Assembly (NCBI GenBank): GCA_964617735.1 | Contig: CAZTXT010000001.1 | Coordinates: forward strand, 600,549 to 664,548 | Source of the DNA: an uncultured Candidatus Saccharibacteria bacterium | GTDB taxonomy: Bacteria > Patescibacteriota > Minisyncoccia > Phycocordibacterales > DSPV01 | DNA length: 64,000 bases | Reading direction: 5' to 3' | In this document: one piece after another, positions 8,088 to 17,700 of the stretch | Numbering within the stretch: position 1 is the first letter of the stretch | Layout: each line of letters opens with the position of its first letter | Position numbers and translations under genes: made by a program | Notes under the pieces: generated by a model | What the model was told of the DNA's origin: nothing | Databases searched by the model: none | Seen by the model: only the letters and a program-made list of their open reading frames with translations

Positions 8088-10346
8088 TTATTTTGCAACA
8101 GCAACCGCTTCTTCAAATTGAATAGAGAGAAGTTTGGACGCGGCTTCCTGGCCCATTGTAACACCATAGAGCACACCCGCGCGGGACATCGTCTCGCGGT
8201 TGTGCGTGATGACGACCAGCTGGGAGTATTTTGAGAGATTCTCGATCATATCGCCGTACTTCCTTGAATTGGCCTCATCGAGTGCCGCGTCGGTTTCATC
8301 AAGCACGATGAACGGGGGCGGATTCACTTGAGAGATAGCGAACAAAAGCGCGATGGACGTCAGCGCTCGCTCCCCGCCCGAGAGCATCTCGAGTCCTTTT
8401 ATCTTTTTATGCGGGAGATTCACACTAATGTCTATCCCCTCTTCTGCTTCCTCTTCCTCGACTGGCCCCTCTCCGGCTTCAAGTAATTCCAGCTCATTCA
8501 TCTCCGCCTTCTTTCGCTTCTCCGGTCTGACGACCGAAAGCGATGCATGACCGCCGCCGAACATCAGTTTGAAGAATTCCTCGAATTGCGCATTGATTCG
8601 CCGCACGCCATTTTTGAATTCGACGTCCAACTTATCAGTCAAATCTTCGATAAGAGTCTGGAGCGAGACTGCGGACTGCTTTAGATCGCCGATCTCCTTC
8701 TCTAAAAAAGAATCGCGTTCAGCCGATGTCTGATATTCCTTCAAAACTTCCTGGCTCTCCCCGCCGCCAAGCTCCTCAAGACGGATCTTTAACTTCTCTA
8801 AATGCCTGCGGCGCTCATGTTGGGCGGCTCTCGCCTCGGCTGATGCATCTTCAAAGGCATGCATGTCTTCCGCTTCCCTGACGATCTCGGGCCCCACGAG
8901 CGCCGCCGCTTCTCTGCGTTCGCGTTCAAATTCCTCGCTTTCGAGCTTCAATCGGTCTTCCTTGCCCTTCAAGACGCTCAGAGCGGCACGGAGCTCATTC
9001 TGCTCTGCCATGATCCTAAACATCTCGCGTTCGGCATCACGACTCTCGTCCTTTTCCTTTTCAATATCAAAACGCAGGGCTTCAAGCGCCTTCTGCGCCT
9101 CGGCTTCCTTGCCATCAAGCGCCTTGAGCCGAGCGCCAAGCTCTGAACGCTCCTTTTTGATGCGCGCTATTTCCCCTTCTGACTCCTCTATTTCCGCAGA
9201 GCTTGCCGCATTTTCAAATCGTTTGAGAAACGATGCGATCGTCGCTTTGATCTCCGAGACGATACGGCGCATCAGCGACACATCGTCAAAACTGACGCCG
9301 CCAAGCTTCACCTCGATGTCCGTTGCCATCCTTCTCACCTCTACGAACGGCACCGTCCGCGTCTGATCGACCCGAGCAACATCGTTGAGCTTGCTAAGAC
9401 GCCGCTCTTCCGCAGAGAGCTCACCCTCAAGACGTCCGGAATCGCGCACCAATTCATCTTTTTGTAAACGAATATCACGCAGCGTCCTTTCAGACGAAAG
9501 AACGTGCGAACTCTTGTCATCATGTTTCCGTGACTTCTCAAGCGTGTGCTTCGCTTTCTCCAGACTTCTCTCAAGGTCATGCAGCTCTTGTTTAGGTCCT
9601 TTTTCATCGTGCTCGAGACTGGTACGCTCGCGATCGAGATATGCGCCTTCACGAGACAGATATTCTTTATAGAGCGCCGCGAGCTCTTCGCGAAGCTCCT
9701 TTGCTTTCTCCACCTTCTCCACCTGTTTTTTCAAGAAACGCAGATGCGGCGCAAGCTCGCGGCGCAAGCTCTCCACCTGCTCTATATTCTCTTGAGTACG
9801 CTCCAATTTACGCTCGCTCTCCGCCCGCTTGAACTGGTAGATCTTGAGTCCGAGTGCATCCTCTATCATCAGCCGCCGCTCTTTGAGGTTCGCATTCAAG
9901 ATCCTATCCGCTTCCCCTTGCGAGATGATATGATGCCCCGTCGGCCCCATATGCGCCCCGGCGAGCAATTCGATGACATCCTTAAGCCGAACTTGACTGC
10001 CATTGATCAGATAATCGTTGTTGTTGTCGCGATGTACCACCCGTTCGACGGCTACCTCATCGAAATCGATATTCAAAAGCCGCTTGGAGTTATCCAGCGT
10101 GATCTTGGCTGAAGCACGATTCTGCCGCGGCATGGTCTTCGAGCCGTTGAAAATGAGGTCCTCGCCGCGTTTGCCGCGCAGGGATTTGATAGACTGCTCG
10201 CCAAGGACGAACCGAAACGCCTCGGCAACATTGGATTTGCCTGAACCGTTTGGCCCCACAATGGCGGTTATCGGTGTGTTGAACCCAAGCGCCGTCTTTT
10301 TGGCAAATGACTTAAAGCCGGAGAGCTCAAGACTCTTCAGATACAT
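8088..10346 (-). CDS. smc: SMC-family chromosome segregation ATPase, short form
   Basis: YLKSLELSGFKSFA, Walker A GPNGSGKSN, coiled coil, LSGGE signature, Walker B VLDETDAALD. Confidence 0.93.
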   Translation of the reverse strand: MYLKSLELSGFKSFAKKTALGFNTPITAIVGPNGSGKSNVAEAFRFVLGEQSIKSLRGKRGEDLIFNGSKTMPRQNRASAKITLDNSKRLLNIDFDEVAVERVVHRDNNNDYLINGSQVRLKDVIELLAGAHMGPTGHHIISQGEADRILNANLKERRLMIEDALGLKIYQFKRAESERKLERTQENIEQVESLRRELAPHLRFLKKQVEKVEKAKELREELAALYKEYLSREGAYLDRERTSLEHDEKGPKQELHDLERSLEKAKHTLEKSRKHDDKSSHVLSSERTLRDIRLQKDELVRDSGRLEGELSAEERRLSKLNDVARVDQTRTVPFVEVRRMATDIEVKLGGVSFDDVSLMRRIVSEIKATIASFLKRFENAASSAEIEESEGEIARIKKERSELGARLKALDGKEAEAQKALEALRFDIEKEKDESRDAEREMFRIMAEQNELRAALSVLKGKEDRLKLESEEFERERREAAALVGPEIVREAEDMHAFEDASAEARAAQHERRRHLEKLKIRLEELGGGESQEVLKEYQTSAERDSFLEKEIGDLKQSAVSLQTLIEDLTDKLDVEFKNGVRRINAQFEEFFKLMFGGGHASLSVVRPEKRKKAEMNELELLEAGEGPVEEEEAEEGIDISVNLPHKKIKGLEMLSGGERALTSIALLFAISQVNPPPFIVLDETDAALDEANSRKYGDMIENLSKYSQLVVITHNRETMSRAGVLYGVTMGQEAASKLLSIQFEEAVAVAK

Positions 10347-10416
10347 AAACAAATTTTAACCTGTTTTATACAAATAAAAAAGCCGCTCCCTAATGGGTGC
10401 GGCTCTTCGAGAGGGA

Positions 10417-10590
10417 TCAGTGAGGAGGAGGCATAACGCTCCCGATCACTGATGCGGCGGCAGCGAGGGAAAGCTGCATAGTATTGAACAGCGCGATGAT
10501 CGTCTGTTCAAAGCTGTGCCATACCTCTGATGCGAAGCCTTGTAGAACAAGGATCGCTATTCCTAAACCAATCGCTCGTAACACTTTCAT
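10417..10590 (-). CDS. small hydrophobic protein (57 aa)
   Basis: MKVLRAIGLGIAILVLQGFASEVWHSFEQ...; terminator-like hairpin at 10381-10404. Confidence 0.6.
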   Translation of the reverse strand: MKVLRAIGLGIAILVLQGFASEVWHSFEQTIIALFNTMQLSLAAAASVIGSVMPPPH

Positions 10591-10853
10591 GTCCGTTTTC
10601 GATTGAGAGGGATGGACCGCCTTGACCAGAGGCGGTAGCGAAAGCTTTCCGCCTCTTCGCCCCTCTCGTGTCCGGAGACCAAAACTGGTCCGCAGGCACG
10701 AGAGGGGCTTCTGTATATAGAACTCTGTCTTCATGCTGCTTTCACACTTCTGAAGACACCAGAATACAGAACAGGCAAGAATGCAAGACGCCTCGCAAAA
10801 TCAAAAGAAAAGGCCGTTTCGACGTATGTCGAAACGGCTTGAGTTAAGAAACT

Positions 10854-11132
10854 TCAGTCTTCCCTTCTTAGCAGTACCATCCCTGCGACGAAACAAACGA
10901 TAAACGTCACCGCAAGGATGAACGGTAGCAGGGCTTCGTACAACGTTATCTTCTCGGCACGGGTGAGATTCCTAAAATGGGTCACTGCCGGAATGATGCC
11001 CCTATAACTGGGACAATCAGAGAGTAGAGAGAACACAGAGAGTGCGGCTACGACCGTAAGACAAATGAGGAGCGTCGCCGCGCAGATACCGATGAGCCGA
11101 GAGACCGATTGAGTGTAAGTATTATCATACAT
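10854..11132 (-). CDS. hypothetical 2-TM membrane protein (ORFan cassette)
   Basis: TTGACT-17-TATCCT promoter, AGAGGTG RBS, hairpin at 10811-10840. Confidence 0.65.
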   Translation of the reverse strand: MYDNTYTQSVSRLIGICAATLLICLTVVAALSVFSLLSDCPSYRGIIPAVTHFRNLTRAEKITLYEALLPFILAVTFIVCFVAGMVLLRRED

Positions 11133-11198
11133 AGAGCACCTCTGCGCGCAGGATACCGATATCTTCCGCTTAAGTCAACGAGGTTGGTTCGCGTTTTT

Positions 11199-11891
11199 CT
11201 ATTCCCAACCTTTAGCTATGAGCCCCGCGCGGGCGGCAGCCTGTTCAGCATCCTGCTTGGAGCGGCCAGAACCTTCCGCGATCTTCTGAGAGCCCAAATA
11301 AACGCCGACGGTAAAAGATTTATTGTGATCAGGGCCTTCCTCCCGTATCGTTTTGTACGCCGGAGTGACACCTGCTGCGCCTTGCGCCTTTTCTTGGAAT
11401 AAACTCTTGGAGTCGATCCACAAGCCAGACTTCACGATCCCATCGAGAAGATGGAATGTATTCTCCGCGACGAATTTCTGCGCCGCCGAGTACCCAGCAT
11501 CCACAAAGATCGCTCCTACTACCGCCTCGAACGTGTTCGCCAAAATATACGCGCGAGCGCGACCGGTGTCCTTCGCCTCGCCATGCGAGAGTAAAAGATA
11601 TTCACTCATGTTAAGAGAGGTCGCGACTTCGGAGAGCGTGTTGGCATTGACCAGCGCGGCGCGCAGCGACGTCATCTCACCCTCGTTATAATCGGGGTAC
11701 TTTTCGAAAAGATACTCGGTCACGATCAGTTCAAGCACCGCATCACCGAGGAATTCCAGGCGCTCGTTGTGCCCGATGCCCGAAGATTTGTGCTCATTGA
11801 GATACGAGCGGTGCGTGAACGCTTGCCGGAGCAATTCCGTATTTGTAAATGAAACACCGACGCGCTTCTCGAACTCTTTGAAGTTTTTCAT
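11199..11891 (-). CDS. rnc: ribonuclease III
   Basis: NERLEFLGDAVL signature plus C-terminal dsRBD (GSGRSKQDAEQAAA). Confidence 0.98.
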   Translation of the reverse strand: MKNFKEFEKRVGVSFTNTELLRQAFTHRSYLNEHKSSGIGHNERLEFLGDAVLELIVTEYLFEKYPDYNEGEMTSLRAALVNANTLSEVATSLNMSEYLLLSHGEAKDTGRARAYILANTFEAVVGAIFVDAGYSAAQKFVAENTFHLLDGIVKSGLWIDSKSLFQEKAQGAAGVTPAYKTIREEGPDHNKSFTVGVYLGSQKIAEGSGRSKQDAEQAAARAGLIAKGWE

Positions 11892-11903
11892 AATCCTCTA
11901 ATT

Positions 11904-11965
11904 GAATTATGAATTAAGAATTATGAATTAGGCATACCTAATTCGTACTTCCTAGTTCCTAATTC
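11904..11965. repeat. heptamer tandem repeat arranged as an imperfect palindrome
   Basis: gaattat gaattaa gaattat gaattag-gcatac-ctaattc gtacttc ctagttc ctaattc. Confidence 0.85.
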
Positions 11966-11986
11966 GCTGATAATGAGCCACGAGCC

Positions 11987-12907
11987 TTACTTTTTGGTCT
12001 TTGTCTTTGGCGCGTGCGCGGCTTTCTGTTGGGCCAAAAGGATAGTAACCGCTTTGGTGACGATTGGCAACATGTCGTCATAGAAGTTCAAATCCACGAT
12101 ATCACCAAGCTTGAACCAGCGCGCGTCATCGAGCCCTCCTTTCTCTTCCAGCTTTATATCCTCAAACTTTGATTCTACGAGAAAATAGATCACGTGCTTC
12201 AGGAGCTTGCCCTTCTCCGGATGGCTCGCAAGATACTGGTTTTCGCCGAGCTTCTCCGTGATCTTAAGATGCTTGAGCCCCAGCTCCTGCGTGACTTCAC
12301 GCAGCGTCCCCGTTTCGATATCTTCCTCTTCCTTGACTCCTCCTTTCGAGAGCGTCCAGTGCCCAAAGACATCGTGCACGAGCGCGACGTAGATCTCCGC
12401 ACCGTGCTTAGCGTAGACTACCGCACCGCCAAGACGCTGCAGCGTCACGGCATCTTTCTTGCGCTTCGACTCCTCATCCTTGCCCGGTTCGCCCAGCTCT
12501 TTATAGACGGAACCCAAAACGCCATTGACGAATTTGCCGCTATTCTCGCCCCCAAACGTCTTCGCTAGCTCAATCGCCTCGTTGATGGCGACTTTCGCCG
12601 GCACTTCCTTGCGATCCGAGAAGAGAAGCTCGGCGAGCCCTACCCGGAGCACATTGCGATCTACGGTGGAGATTTTATCGAGCGGCCAGTCGGGCGCTGC
12701 TTTTTCGATTATCTTGTCGAGGTCGGCGTGTTTTCCCAGAACGATCTTGAGTAAGCTGTTCACGAAATCAGTATCGCCGAGTCCCGGCGCGAATTCCTGC
12801 AAATTGCGCGCAACGACATCACCCAGCTCTTTGTCTTTGAGCTTTCTGACGTCCCACTCGAACAATGTCTGCAGTACTATTGATCTCGAAAGGTGCCGAT
12901 TAGCCAT
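11987..12907 (-). CDS. nusB: transcription antitermination factor NusB fused to a C-terminal NUDIX domain
   Basis: DRNVLR, VAINEAIELAKTFGGENSGKFVNGVLG; then WTLSKGGVKEEEDIETGTLREVTQELGL (Nudix box-like). Confidence 0.93.
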   Translation of the reverse strand: MANRHLSRSIVLQTLFEWDVRKLKDKELGDVVARNLQEFAPGLGDTDFVNSLLKIVLGKHADLDKIIEKAAPDWPLDKISTVDRNVLRVGLAELLFSDRKEVPAKVAINEAIELAKTFGGENSGKFVNGVLGSVYKELGEPGKDEESKRKKDAVTLQRLGGAVVYAKHGAEIYVALVHDVFGHWTLSKGGVKEEEDIETGTLREVTQELGLKHLKITEKLGENQYLASHPEKGKLLKHVIYFLVESKFEDIKLEEKGGLDDARWFKLGDIVDLNFYDDMLPIVTKAVTILLAQQKAAHAPKTKTKK

Positions 12908-12991
12908 GATTTACCCGCCAAAATTTATCACCGACTCTAGCAACGCTCAAACCTTGCCCTACCCCTTCAGTAATAAATTTAGTTGGGCGAA

Positions 12992-13219
12992 TTATTTTAC
13001 CGCGTTCTCTTTCGCCTTCTGCTTCGCCGCTTTCTTTTGTGCCTCTCCGGCAAGGTCTATGACGACCCGCCCTTGATACTTGCCGCACGTCTGGCAGACA
13101 TGATGACGAACATGGAGCGCACCGCATGACACGCATTTTGAAAGACGCGGTCCTGACAGCGCGTGATGGCTCCGGCGATTGCCGGTATGCCCTCGTGTTG
13201 CTCGCATTCGTACTACCAT
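12992..13219 (-). CDS. rpmF: 50S ribosomal protein L32
   Basis: RRSHHAL...CVSCG...HHVCQTCGKYQGR. Confidence 0.93.
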   Translation of the reverse strand: MVVRMRATRGHTGNRRSHHALSGPRLSKCVSCGALHVRHHVCQTCGKYQGRVVIDLAGEAQKKAAKQKAKENAVK

Positions 13220-13262
13220 AGCCAGCACTATAGCAGAAAAGGGAGGGCTTTGCAATATCTCC

Positions 13263-13880
13263 TTATCCCGAGAATTTCCTGAGAAAGCTTCTGCGGTGAA
13301 TGTCGCAGACCCCTAAGCGGCGGATGGCCCGGTAATGTTCGGACGTGCCATACCCCACATGCTTGTCGAACGAATAGCCCGGGTAGCGCTTCGAAAGATT
13401 GCGCATCCGCTTGTCGCGGGCGACCTTCGCGATGACCGACGCAAGTGCGATGATGGGCACGCGCTGATCGCCGCGCACGATGGTTCTCTGATGCCTGAAG
13501 GCTTCCGGAGCAAGGAGGCTGCCGTCAAGGAGAACGTGGGCATTCGAAGGTTCAATGGACAACTTTGCGAGGCTACGCCGCACCGCGAGCCGCACCGCTC
13601 CCACGATCCCCAGTCGATCGAGCACTTTTGGCGTAACATGCGATACGGAAAAAAAGATGGACGCGCGCGCCTTCGCCGCTTGCTTTATGCTCGCGGCGCA
13701 GGCCTCGCGCTCGGCTTGCGACATCCTTTTTGAATCTTTAAGATCGCCGGCGCGCGTGAACTTGAGGAAACCGCGCAAGGACCGCTGGTTTCTGGCGGGG
13801 ATCGCAAGCGCGCAGATAGTCACGGGTCCCGCGATCGGTCCGCGTCCCACTTCATCGATGCCGATGGTCCATAGCGACAT
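13263..13880 (-). CDS. rnhB: ribonuclease HII
   Basis: IGIDEVGRGPIAGP, DSK, LLDG, ASVIAKVARD, GYGTSEH, HRRSF; start reassigned to 13880. Confidence 0.95.
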   Translation of the reverse strand: MSLWTIGIDEVGRGPIAGPVTICALAIPARNQRSLRGFLKFTRAGDLKDSKRMSQAEREACAASIKQAAKARASIFFSVSHVTPKVLDRLGIVGAVRLAVRRSLAKLSIEPSNAHVLLDGSLLAPEAFRHQRTIVRGDQRVPIIALASVIAKVARDKRMRNLSKRYPGYSFDKHVGYGTSEHYRAIRRLGVCDIHRRSFLRKFSG

Positions 13881-13881
13881 A

Positions 13882-14424
13882 TTAAAAGGACCAGTTATTG
13901 CATGCGGCCGGCGTGCATGACACGAATGATGTCGGATACGCGCTGTTATATAAAAGATCACTCGACGATATCGTCCGCTCCACCCCGCAGTGGGCCATGA
14001 GTATATAATCGTCGCCATCAGAAACATACAAATAGGCTCTTTTCCAAGCTCCGGTGCAATCAGTGCCGACCCCGCGACCGCCAAGAGGATCCTTAGGAAG
14101 CACGGGAACGTACCCAGGAACCAGATTCGGTATCCAATTATCGGTGTGATCGACGTCAACCCTGGTGTCCTTGTCATTCGGATCGGATGAATACCAGTTG
14201 CTGCTCCCGCCCGTTGTCGGATATTTGCCGTTTTGGTCCTTGTACAATTCGAGGTACACCTTCAAGCTGGTGATCTCCTTTTTCCGCTGATTATCCCTCC
14301 CTCTCGCCCGAATGCTCTGCACGGTCGAGATGCTGATGGACATAATGAGAACGACGATGGAAAGAACGCCGAGCAATTCGATCAGCGTAAATCCACGATT
14401 CTCGAACTGACGAAACCTCCTCAT
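13882..14424 (-). CDS. type IV pilin / GspG-like pseudopilin
   Basis: Prepilin site ENRG|FTLIELL, RARGRDNQR, LPKDP; start ATG at 14424. Confidence 0.9.
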   Translation of the reverse strand: MRRFRQFENRGFTLIELLGVLSIVVLIMSISISTVQSIRARGRDNQRKKEITSLKVYLELYKDQNGKYPTTGGSSNWYSSDPNDKDTRVDVDHTDNWIPNLVPGYVPVLPKDPLGGRGVGTDCTGAWKRAYLYVSDGDDYILMAHCGVERTISSSDLLYNSAYPTSFVSCTPAACNNWSF

Positions 14425-14426
14425 GA

Positions 14427-14711
14427 TCAGATCGGCTCTATCCGCGCCGGTCCTCTCCCAGGTTCCACCAGATGAGTGCCCGGAGGCAATGCATTCGATG
14501 AACCCGATGGTGCAAGCCAGACATAGGCCGCGATGGAAAGTACCAGCACAACGACGACTAAGATCACGATCTCCGCGGCGCGGCGCGAGTGAACCAGACC
14601 GGTTCGCACGATCCATCCGGTTAGCCCGGAGATGCGTTCTCCTTGATAATACTCGACCATGCGGGTCAGTCCCTCCTGTTTCGTACTCTGATCTTCAAAA
14701 TTCACCTCCAT
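14427..14711 (-). CDS. small single-TM protein upstream of pilin (paralog of 57171..57383)
   Basis: 94 aa; GLTGWIVRTGLV...TM; TATAAT 7 nt before ATG. Confidence 0.8.
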   Translation of the reverse strand: MEVNFEDQSTKQEGLTRMVEYYQGERISGLTGWIVRTGLVHSRRAAEIVILVVVVLVLSIAAYVWLAPSGSSNALPPGTHLVEPGRGPARIEPI

Positions 14712-14758
14712 GCTCTACATTATAACTCGAAAAAAAGAAGTTGAGCTATAATGAGGCC

Positions 14759-17700
14759 ATGCAACAATCGAAGATCGTGCATCTTCACACGCATTCGCAT
14801 TATAGCCTCCTTTCGGCGCTGCCCAAGATCCCCGAGCTGGTGGCTGTCGCGAAAAAAGGTGGCATCGGAGCGCTCGGGCTCACTGACCTCGGCAACCTCT
14901 ACGGCGCCATCGAATTCTATAAAGAGTGCACTGGGCAGGGTATAAAGCCCATCATCGGCGTTGAAGCGTATACCGCAGCACGTACGATAAGCGACAAACA
15001 GGCCGGCATAGACAATCGGCGTGGGCGTCTTATCCTCCTTGCGGAGAACATCACGGGATACAAAAATCTCCTCAAGCTCGTCACCGTTGCTAACATGGAA
15101 GGGTTCTACTACCGGCCGCGCATAGACCAGGAGCTCTTGGAAAAATACAGCGAAGGACTCATTGCCATAAGTCCCGCGTACGGCGGCGATATCGCGCAGG
15201 CCATCAAAAATAAAGATCGGGAAAAAGCCGCCGAGCGCGCAGCATGGTTTTTGAAGCGTTTTGGCACGAACAGATTTTTCATCGAGATAACCCGACATCC
15301 TGAAGTTGAAGGATTCGATATTCCCGACCTCGTCACGTTTGCTCGCGAGCAAAAGATAGAGATCGTCGCTGGACATGACGTCTATTACCTTTCTCCGGAC
15401 GACAAACAGGCGCACGATACGATCCAATCGGTCCAAAATAACCCCGATTACGGAGAGATCTCGACGCCGGAAAATGGCTTGGATCTATCGCTTTTGAGCG
15501 CCGAGCACCTAAACGAGCGGTTCAAAGATATCCCTGAAGCGCTTGCCAATGCAGCGAAGATCGCCGAGCGCTCGAGCCTAGAACTTGCGCTTGGTAAATG
15601 GATATTCCCCGATTATCAAACCGCGAAAGGAGTCGGTCACGACGAGGAGCTTCGGAAGAAAGCGTATGAAGGGCTCTCGATACGTGGCATGGAGAAAACT
15701 CCCGAAATAGAAAAGCGCATAGACTACGAGCTCTCGATCATTAAAAACAAAGGGTACGCGCCGTATTTCCTCGTCGTCGCTGACCTCTTGAAATACGCTC
15801 GCGATCACCAGATCGTCACGACAACGCGCGGCTCTGCCGGCGGGTCTTTAGTCTCGTACCTGACTTATATCACGACGACCGACCCGATCGCCTACAAACT
15901 ACCCTTTGAACGATTCCTCAACCCCGAGCGTCCGAAGGCGCCGGACATCGATATGGACATCGCCGACGATCGCCGCGACGAGCTCATCGCCTATGCAAAA
16001 CAAAAATACGGAGCCGACCGCGTCGCCCAAGTCGGCACGTTCGGCACGATGATGGCGCGCGGTGCCGTGCGCGACGTCGCGCGCGCCCTTGGTTATGAAT
16101 ACGCGGTCGGCGACCGGATCTCGAAGTTGATCCCCTTCGGCTCGCAGGGCTTTCCGATGTACATAGACCGAGCGCTCGAGATGGTCCCTGAACTCAAAGA
16201 AGCATACAAGAAAGAAAAAGACGTCCGCGACATCATCAATATGGCGAAAAAGATCGAGGGCTGCGTACGGCATATCGGCGTCCATGCCGCCGGCGTCGTC
16301 ATCGCTCCGACACCGCTGACCGACTATACCCCCCTGCAGTACGACCCCAAAGGCGAAGGTAAGATCATCACGCAGTACGACATGTATTCGATCACGGACG
16401 AGTACGGCGGCGTCGGCCTCCTCAAATTCGATTTTCTCGGCATAAAAAATCTCGCGATCCTCGCTGACGCGGCAGAGCGCGTCGAGAAGATCGAAGGTAA
16501 AAAAATCGACCTCGAGACCATTCCGCTCGACGACAAAAAGACCTTTGATATGCTCGGCCGTGGCGAGACGACGGGAGTCTTTCAGCTCGGCGGGACCGGC
16601 ATGACCCACTACCTCAAAGATTTGCGCCCCTCGACTATCCACGACATCAACGCGATGGTCGCGCTCTACCGCCCAGGCCCCATGGAATCTATTCCTCGCT
16701 ATATCGAGCGCAAACACAATCCGCGGCTGGTCTCGTACCTCGACCCACGGCTCAAGGATATCCTCGATCAGTCATACGGCGTCATCACCTACCAAGACGA
16801 CGTGCTCCTGGTCGCTGTGAAGCTCGGCGGGTATTCATGGCTCGAGGCCGATGCGTTGCGCAAAGCGATGGGCAAGAAAATCCCAGCGGAAATGGAAGCG
16901 CAGAAAGAGAAGCTCATCGCCGGCTTCGTCAAAAACGGCATGACACCGGAGAAAGCGCAGGATCTCTGGAAGCTCATCGAGCCGTTTGCCGCGTATGGAT
17001 TCAATAAAGCGCATGCGGCAAGCTACGGCAAAGTCGCCTACCAAACCGCCTACCTTAAAGCGAACTTCCCTGCTATCTATCTATCGGCGGTCCTCACGGC
17101 GGACTCAGGCGATGTCGAGCGAATCGGCGAGACCATCGCCGAGTGCAAACGCATGGGCATTCCCGTCTTGCCACCGGACGTCAACGAAAGTTTTGAAGGA
17201 TTCACCGTCGTCAAAAATCCCAATGAAGCAGATAAAATCCGCTTCGGGCTAACCACCATAAAAAACTTCGGCGAAGGGATCGCGGCTTCGATCATCACCG
17301 AGCGAAAAAAATCGGGGAAATTCAAATCGCTGGGCGATTTTCTGGAGCGCATCCACGACCGGAACCTCAACAAGAAATCCCTCGAATCCCTCATCAAATG
17401 CGGCGCGCTCGATAGCTTCGGCGAGCGCGGCGCGATGCTTTCGAACATCGAGAACTTGCTTGAATACCACAAGGAACACGCGGACAGCGACAAAGACCAG
17501 ACTTCGCTTTTCGGAGATACCCCAAACGTCGGAAACTTGCGCTTAGCGAGTGCGCCGCAAGCGAGTGCGCCGGAGAAGCTCGCATGGGAAAAAGAGCTCT
17601 TGGGTCTCTATATCTCCGGACATCCGCTCGATAAATTCAGGACATTGCTCGAGAAACGCGAGGTGAACGTTCGCCGCGTCAAAGAAGAATATCGCGAGGG

